From positions 3,040-67,039 of the forward strand of contig MWCH01000003.1 of the NCBI GenBank assembly GCA_002069945.1: DNA of 64,000 nucleotides. Reading direction: 5' to 3'. Position 1 is the first letter of the stretch. Each line of letters starts with the position of its first letter. Shown here in pieces: positions 58,533-64,000 of the stretch. Position numbers and translations under genes: made by a program. Below the pieces are notes generated by a model that worked only from the letters and a program-made list of their open reading frames with translations, searched no databases and was not told where the DNA came from. Source of the stretch: Microgenomates group bacterium ADurb.Bin219 (GTDB lineage: Bacteria; Patescibacteriota; Microgenomatia; UM-FILTER-40-11).

Positions 58533-60146
58533 TTAATGAATCGTTTCTTTTTCGTTATTGAAAATTTCTTCCGCTAGTTTAACTAAATCTTCGCCGCTTG
58601 GCAAATCCTCAACCGTCTTTTTAATTTCTTCGGCCATAGGGGAAATCATTTCCGCTTTCGCGGGAGCGACCACATTTTTCGGTTTTTCTCCCAAAATCAA
58701 TTTTACTTTAACCGGCGAGCAATAGACTTCACCGCAAACATCTTCCACAATCCGGCGGCATTTATCCGATTCCAGTTGGTCTTTATGAAATTTGTAAAAA
58801 ACTTCCAGGGTAAGAAAGCCTTCTTCCAGCCCCAACGGCCTGGTTGCTTTTAAAAATGCCTGAACCGAGTGGTTAAGCGGCTTAACCTTTTCCAAAACCT
58901 CGGGCCATTTGGCCAGTATTTCCGCTAATTGAAGCGGGGACGCAAGGTGAGAAACGGGGCAAGAAACCTCGGGCGACAATTTAGATTCTTTCAACTCCTC
59001 TTTAACTTCCCGCTTTCCTCCTTCTGTTGCTTCTTCCGTTCTCTGTTTCCCGCTTCCCGACTCGCTTCCCGCCTCCTGCTTCCCGCCTCCCCACAAACTC
59101 CACTCAATCACTGCCATTTCCAAGGGCAATTGGGGAATAACCGCGTTTCTTAAATCCAAAGTCGCCCGGGAAAAAAGTTCAATCAGTTTCTTTAATTGAA
59201 TCTCGTCAAGATTTTTAAGCAACTGGTCGCTTTTAATCTCCGTCTCCACTCCGTAAGAAGAAAGCAAGCAATCGCGTAAAATTCCCAACAAGTTTTCCGA
59301 AAAAATCCGTAAATTTATCCCCGACTCAACCGCCCCGGACAACCATTCAATTGATTGTTTGATCTTTTTTTCTGCCAATAAATTCAAAAAAACTTCCGGC
59401 TGAAATTCGCCCAAAGTCTCAACGACTTCGTCAACCGAGGAATTGGCCGCCTGTTCCAAAATCTTAACGGCATCCCGGAAACTGCCGGCCGCCGCCCGGC
59501 TGATTTTTTTAAAATCTTCCTCGGTCAACTTAAATTTCTCTTCGGCGCTGATAAATTGCAATTTTTTAACAATCTCCTCCTGGCTGGCTTTTTTAAAATT
59601 TACCCGGGTGCAACGGGAAATTATCGTTTCCGGTAATTTTTCCGGAGCGGTGGTGCAAAGAATAAAAATGGCGTGTTCCGGCGGCTCTTCCAAGGTTTTT
59701 AATAAGGCGTTAAAGGCTTCATTGGTCAACATATGAACTTCGTCAATAATGTAAACTTTGTACTTCGCTGCCGAAGGCGCCAAGCGAATTTTATCCCTTA
59801 ATTCCCTAATGTCATCTATTCCCCGATTTGAAGCCGCGTCAATTTCCAAGACATCTAAATTTGCCCCATTGGTTATAGAGTGACAGGTAGAGCATTCCCC
59901 ACACGGCTCAAAATCCTTTTCTCCTGCTTTTTTACTCTCCTGCTCTTTTACTCTTTCCTGACAATTGACCGCTTTCGCCACAATTCTCGCCGCCGAAGTT
60001 TTCCCGATCCCTTTTGGCCCGGAAAACAAAAAGGCCTGGGGAATTTTTCCCGAAGCAAAAATTTTTATTAAACTTTCCCGTGCCGACTTATGGTCCAACT
60101 CGGAAATCTTTTGCGGCCGGTATTTTAAATTCAACGCCGTTATCAT
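58533..60146 (-). CDS. dnaX: DNA polymerase III subunit gamma/tau
   Basis: KYRPQ N-terminal motif, GPKGIGKTSAARIVAKAVNC Walker A with a zinc module, and SRC. Start at ATG 60144-60146. It overlaps the ybeY 3' end by about 59 nt. Confidence 0.9.
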   Translation of the reverse strand: MITALNLKYRPQKISELDHKSARESLIKIFASGKIPQAFLFSGPKGIGKTSAARIVAKAVNCQERVKEQESKKAGEKDFEPCGECSTCHSITNGANLDVLEIDAASNRGIDDIRELRDKIRLAPSAAKYKVYIIDEVHMLTNEAFNALLKTLEEPPEHAIFILCTTAPEKLPETIISRCTRVNFKKASQEEIVKKLQFISAEEKFKLTEEDFKKISRAAAGSFRDAVKILEQAANSSVDEVVETLGEFQPEVFLNLLAEKKIKQSIEWLSGAVESGINLRIFSENLLGILRDCLLSSYGVETEIKSDQLLKNLDEIQLKKLIELFSRATLDLRNAVIPQLPLEMAVIEWSLWGGGKQEAGSESGSGKQRTEEATEGGKREVKEELKESKLSPEVSCPVSHLASPLQLAEILAKWPEVLEKVKPLNHSVQAFLKATRPLGLEEGFLTLEVFYKFHKDQLESDKCRRIVEDVCGEVYCSPVKVKLILGEKPKNVVAPAKAEMISPMAEEIKKTVEDLPSGEDLVKLAEEIFNNEKETIH

Positions 60147-60510
60147 GTTCAAAACCTAAGAGATGGAGTAACCCGTGTTCTATTAATTCTAAAATAACTT
60201 CTTCCACAAATTTGTTTCTTTCCCTTGCCCAATCCTGGGCAGCCGGATAAGAAACAACAATATCGCCCAATCTCAGGATTCCTTCGCTGTCCCGGGGCTC
60301 TTCCAAAGGAAAAGACAAAACGTCAGTCGGCTCGTCAATTTTTCGGTAAAGCCGATTTAGTTCTCTGATTTTCCGGTTGCCGACAATTGATAAAGAAACC
60401 TCGGCATCGTCCAGATTAAACCTCTTTAAGACTTCCGCAATTCTTTCTTTAATTTTTTTTCGGCTGACCGGATAACGCGATTCTGAAGATATTAAAACGG
60501 AAAGCATCAA
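60088..60510 (-). CDS. ybeY: rRNA maturation endoribonuclease YbeY
   Basis: HGLLHLLGFEHDNG is the H3xH5xH zinc motif. Confidence 0.85.
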   Translation of the reverse strand: MMLSVLISSESRYPVSRKKIKERIAEVLKRFNLDDAEVSLSIVGNRKIRELNRLYRKIDEPTDVLSFPLEEPRDSEGILRLGDIVVSYPAAQDWARERNKFVEEVILELIEHGLLHLLGFEHDNGVEFKIPAAKDFRVGP

Positions 60511-60562
60511 ATTATGTCAACTACCACTTAATAATTACAAAATATATCAATATTCGTTTTTC

Positions 60563-61015
60563 TCACTTCCCGCTTCCGGATAAAGTTTTTTTCACTACCT
60601 CCGCTACCTGATTCCCGTCTGCCTTTCCTTTGACTTTTCCCATTACCGCTCCCATTATTTTTCCAAAATCCGCCGGGCCTCCGCCAATCTCCTTTATGGT
60701 TTCCTCAATAATCTTTTTCAGTTCGTCCGTTGTTAATTGCTGGGGCAAATACTTATTCAATACCTCCAATTCGGCCCCTTCTTTTTCCGCCATCTCCTTG
60801 CGGCCGGCGCCATTGAAAGCCTCAATTGATTCCCGATGCGACTTGGCCTGCTTTTGCAAAACCGCAATTGTTTCTTCCTCGGTTAGATCACCCTGTTTTT
60901 CAATCTCGCGGTTCTTAATTGCCGCCAACAAAAAACGCAAAACAGAAACCGTCAACTCGTCTTTTTGTTTCATGGCGGCAAACAAATCGGTTTCAATCCT
61001 TTTTTTTAGCTCCAT
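60563..61015 (-). CDS. GatB/YqeY-domain protein
   Basis: About 150 aa with a YqeY-like all-alpha pattern (LKKRIETDLFAAMKQKDELTVSVLR). It lies directly downstream of rpsU, as in many bacteria. Confidence 0.75.
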   Translation of the reverse strand: MELKKRIETDLFAAMKQKDELTVSVLRFLLAAIKNREIEKQGDLTEEETIAVLQKQAKSHRESIEAFNGAGRKEMAEKEGAELEVLNKYLPQQLTTDELKKIIEETIKEIGGGPADFGKIMGAVMGKVKGKADGNQVAEVVKKTLSGSGK

Positions 61016-61201
61016 TTAAATTAATCCTCTTTTGCCTTTTTTAAGGGCCTTCATTTTTTCGTATTTTACCCGAGAAGGCTTAACGTAAAATTCCCGTTTT
61101 TTGATTTCGGTAATAATATCTTCCGCCAGCATTTTCTTGCGAAAAGCGGCGATAAGTTGATCGTCAGTCTGGCCCGGTTGTTTTTTAACAATTGTTGCCA
61201 T
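61016..61201 (-). CDS. rpsU: 30S ribosomal protein S21
   Basis: ...AFRKKM...EIKKREFYVKPS...KKGKR is the S21 pattern. Start at ATG 61199-61201. Confidence 0.85.
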   Translation of the reverse strand: MATIVKKQPGQTDDQLIAAFRKKMLAEDIITEIKKREFYVKPSRVKYEKMKALKKGKRGLI

Positions 61202-61315
61202 GGAAACATGGACACCCCCTTTCGGAATCAATCTAAAACGTTAAATCTTAAAACTATAATTTAAAACTGAAAACCATTTTAAGATTTAAGATTTGCGCTA
61301 TAAATTTAACGTTTA

Positions 61316-62176
61316 TTATTTAAAATTTAAGCCGATTAATTTAACTACTTCTTCCAACTTCAATTTTGTTGGTTTCATCCCCGGATTACTGGTTGATCCG
61401 TTGAGAACCATAAATCCCGAGATATGAAAATACCAATCAGCGTCCGGATCGGCTTTAATTAGAGCCCGATAAATCTTCTTTAAGTTTACACCCTTTTGCC
61501 AGTTGGCGTAAATACCCAAATGGCCGGTTTGAGGCCTTTTTTTAACTACCAAAACATAACCGAGCTTTAAGGCCAATTGCCGGAATTCGGCGTTTTCCGT
61601 TTCGGCCGCGATTCCCTTTCCCCAAGGAGTTGCAAACTCCCTACCGTTTTTGATAATTTCTTCCGCTTCAATTTTACCGGTCATAATTTTTAAAAGACTG
61701 TCAAGCAAGGGCAAAAAATATTCAACAAATTCCGCCTGTTTTTTAAAACTGTTGACCAAGCCGCCGGCAATTTGATTCAAGTTGAACTCCCAGCGGTCGG
61801 AAGCGGGTTCCGGCCAATCCAAAAAACCGGCATGGTCATCTTCGTTAACAATTTTTAAAATTCTTTTTAAGGCTTCTTTTTGCCAATCCTTGATTTTTTC
61901 CTTCGTTTCGCTGACGGAATCAATGGCTAAAATCTCTTCTAAAACCAAAGCCGCGGCACAAATATCTTCTTTGGTCTGGTGATGGTCATATTTACCCAAG
62001 CCGGTATCAACATGAATGACATCAGGATCGTTGTCTACCGGCTTGCCCTGAAAGGTTTGACCGGCAGGAACAAATTCCAACTTTGCTTTTTCCCAACCCG
62101 GGAAAAAACGCCGGATTAGCCAAATCGCCGTCAAGGCATCCAGGTCAGGACTGATATGAGTGACAATCGTTTTCAT
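61316..62176 (-). CDS. Putative metal-dependent phosphoesterase (DHH- or MYG1-like)
   Basis: N-terminal THISPDLDALTAIWL and a DHHQ motif. The family assignment is uncertain. Confidence 0.4.
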   Translation of the reverse strand: MKTIVTHISPDLDALTAIWLIRRFFPGWEKAKLEFVPAGQTFQGKPVDNDPDVIHVDTGLGKYDHHQTKEDICAAALVLEEILAIDSVSETKEKIKDWQKEALKRILKIVNEDDHAGFLDWPEPASDRWEFNLNQIAGGLVNSFKKQAEFVEYFLPLLDSLLKIMTGKIEAEEIIKNGREFATPWGKGIAAETENAEFRQLALKLGYVLVVKKRPQTGHLGIYANWQKGVNLKKIYRALIKADPDADWYFHISGFMVLNGSTSNPGMKPTKLKLEEVVKLIGLNFK

Positions 62177-62238
62177 TTGTCTGTTAGAGTAAAAGGGATA
62201 CTTCTCTTGCTCTACTCTCTGTTCTCTATTCTCTATTT

Positions 62239-63243
62239 TTAATTATAATTTAAAATCTTAATGATTTCTCCGGCCAGTTTTTGGGGATCATGCCTTAACA
62301 GACTTCTTTTTATTTTATCGCCGGCAACCTTTTTTACTTCAACCGGAGAAAGCAAATCGGCCCGGACAACTTGATAGCCGTCCTCTTTTAAATCGTCTTT
62401 GACAATCGCCGCTTTCTCTTCTTTGTATCTTTTGTTGACGGAAACCGGAATCCGCCAATTATTATTAACCAAGAGATAATCCAAAACTTTTCCGCCTAAG
62501 TATTTTTCCAAAGTCTCCACAAATTCGCTCGCCTTAAATCCGTAGGTTTGACCGTATTTTGTCATTAAATTTAAGATAAAAAGCTTTTTCGCTTTTGATT
62601 TCTTAACCGCTTCTCTAACTCCCCTTACTACTAAATTGGGAATAAGACTGGTAAACAAATCACCGGGACCCAAAACAATTAAGTCGGCCGTCAAAATTTC
62701 CTTTTTTGCTTCCCGGTAAATAGCGGCTTCGGGAATAGTTTCCATTTCTACAATCCGCCAACTGCCGTCGTGTTTCGGCTCGTCTATCGCATGCTCTCCG
62801 ATTACCTGGTGGCCGTTTTCGTAACGTGCCAAGAGTTGGACATCATCCAAAGTCACCGGCAAAATTTTGCCTTTGGTATGCAATAATCGCTGGACTTCAG
62901 CCAGAGCTTTCAGCTGGTCTTTGTAAATATCCGCCAAAGCGGCCATAAAAAGATTACCAAAGGTCATTCCGCTAATACCAACGCCCTGATGGAAACGATA
63001 AGTGAAAAGTTGGCGGAGAATTTTTTGATCCGGTAAGTCTTCCGCCAAGGCAACCAGACATTGGCGGATATCCGAAGTCGGCAAAAGACCAAATTCGTCT
63101 CTTAAAATCCGGTTGGAGCCGCCGGAATCCATCATGGAAATAATGGCCACCAAGTCAACTGGTTTATCTTTCAATCCGGAGAGAACCACAAAAGTTCCTG
63201 TTCCGCCACCCAAAACCACAATTTTAGGATTCTTTTTCATCAA
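62239..63243 (-). CDS. YvcK/CofD-like gluconeogenesis-factor family protein (UPF0052)
   Basis: KIVVLGGGTG...MMDSGGS N-terminal motifs. Confidence 0.85.
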   Translation of the reverse strand: MMKKNPKIVVLGGGTGTFVVLSGLKDKPVDLVAIISMMDSGGSNRILRDEFGLLPTSDIRQCLVALAEDLPDQKILRQLFTYRFHQGVGISGMTFGNLFMAALADIYKDQLKALAEVQRLLHTKGKILPVTLDDVQLLARYENGHQVIGEHAIDEPKHDGSWRIVEMETIPEAAIYREAKKEILTADLIVLGPGDLFTSLIPNLVVRGVREAVKKSKAKKLFILNLMTKYGQTYGFKASEFVETLEKYLGGKVLDYLLVNNNWRIPVSVNKRYKEEKAAIVKDDLKEDGYQVVRADLLSPVEVKKVAGDKIKRSLLRHDPQKLAGEIIKILNYN

Positions 63244-63249
63244 AAAAAT

Positions 63250-64000
63250 TTATCTGGAAATATTGAATAATTTTTCCAGAATCTGATTCGCGTTAAAAAT
63301 TCTGGCCAGATCATTAATGGTTATCAGTAATGCCAGAAGCAAAAGGAAAACCATTCCCAAACTATTAACCGCTGCTTCAATTTTGGGAGTAATTTTCCGG
63401 CCGGCGAAAGCTTCAACTCCTAAAAAAAGCAAGCGGCCGCCGTCGAGTGCCGGAAAAGGCAAAATATTTATTATCGCCAAATTGATGGATAAAATTCCCA
63501 GAAATTGCAGGATGGCCAAAAATCCCGACTGGGCGACCATACCGGTCGCCTGGTAAATTCCGATCGGTCCGGCAACGTCGCGCGGAACTTGGCCTTTCAA
63601 CAAACCACTCACCATCCCCGCCAAGGAAACAAAAATTGTTTTTCCCCAGGAAAAAGACTCCTTCAGGCCTTCCCGAATTCCGTAATAAAACATTAACCAA
63701 GGAGAATATCTTTTCATCTCCACATCGGAGATAATCACTCCCAAAGGACCCTCACCCTCGGGTGGATTTTCCCGCGGAATAAGGGAAAGCAAAAGATTGC
63801 CGTTCCGGCAATTGGCCTGAAAATTCGGTCCGACAGCGCCGCCGAAAACAGGCTGATCCGGTTGACAGGGATGGGCTTTGGCGCGTTTTATTTCCAAGCT
63901 TATTACCCGACCGGCCATTGATTTTGTCAAATCGATAAAGTTCTCAACCTTGTTTAATTTTTCTTCGTTGAGTGCCAAAATTTCATCATCAACCTCAATC
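63250..64000 (-). CDS. rseP: Site-2 protease RseP (M50), the PDZ and C-terminal membrane part. The 5' end of the gene lies beyond the window.
   Basis: C-terminal LPFPALDGGRLLFL motif. The frame stays open to the window edge. Confidence 0.7.
   Translation of the reverse strand, partial: IEVDDEILALNEEKLNKVENFIDLTKSMAGRVISLEIKRAKAHPCQPDQPVFGGAVGPNFQANCRNGNLLLSLIPRENPPEGEGPLGVIISDVEMKRYSPWLMFYYGIREGLKESFSWGKTIFVSLAGMVSGLLKGQVPRDVAGPIGIYQATGMVAQSGFLAILQFLGILSINLAIINILPFPALDGGRLLFLGVEAFAGRKITPKIEAAVNSLGMVFLLLLALLITINDLARIFNANQILEKLFNISR

Overview
This 64 kb window is AT-rich, gene-dense and has small, often overlapping genes. That organisation, together with GspG-like Cys-rich pilins, a sortase and a domain-1-less release factor, suggests a reduced-genome bacterium, possibly Candidate Phyla Radiation/Patescibacteria. 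The lineage is my inference.

I identified about 75 genes from the six-frame ORF track and conserved protein motifs. Most are housekeeping genes:
- DNA replication and repair: recG, gyrB, gyrA, holB, dnaB, dnaX, ybaB, recR, ssb, AlkD-like.
- Translation: rpmF, rpsP, rpmE, rpsR, rpsF, rpsU, hisS, cysS, tgt, ychF, ybeY, and a release factor 1 that lacks domain 1.
- RNA processing and regulation: rnc, nusB, YebC, DksA-like.
- Envelope: lspA, HtrA, CtpA, RseP (partial), two GT2 glycosyltransferases, a PIG-L deacetylase, a 1149-aa polytopic membrane protein, and a sortase with a DUF11/LPPTG substrate.

The dominant feature is a 13 kb single-strand type IV pilus supercluster (4082-17030). It carries PilB, PilT, PilC, a pilin, PilD, five more tandem GspG-like pilin paralogs, four minor pilins (FimT/PilV/PilW/PilX-like) and PilM/N/O.

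One tRNA-Leu(CAA) lies at 31145-31229 on the minus strand. I found no CRISPR array, no rRNA and no clear mobile element.

The observations most worth a second look are:
- a GC-rich ~1 kb island (53.3-54.7 kb) bounded by ATCCAT/ATGGAT hairpins, beside a 460-bp intergenic region holding several hairpins and a bidirectional terminator;
- recurring short sequence motifs: an intergenic AGAGTAAAAG / TCTCTTGCTCT pair, and a GGGAAGYGAG-type purine repeat found inside cysS and dnaX and at two gene ends;
- the N-terminally truncated RF1;
- an ORF split by tandem in-frame TAA TAG stops (42875-43519);
- inorganic pyrophosphatase inserted between gyrB and gyrA;
- a glycosylation/sortase surface-protein neighbourhood.

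I worked by eye and ran no searches. Family assignments rest on recognisable motifs, and start sites are approximate to within a few codons. The ORF track appears to mark some TTG/GTG starts as M, so I moved several starts to the nearest plausible ATG.
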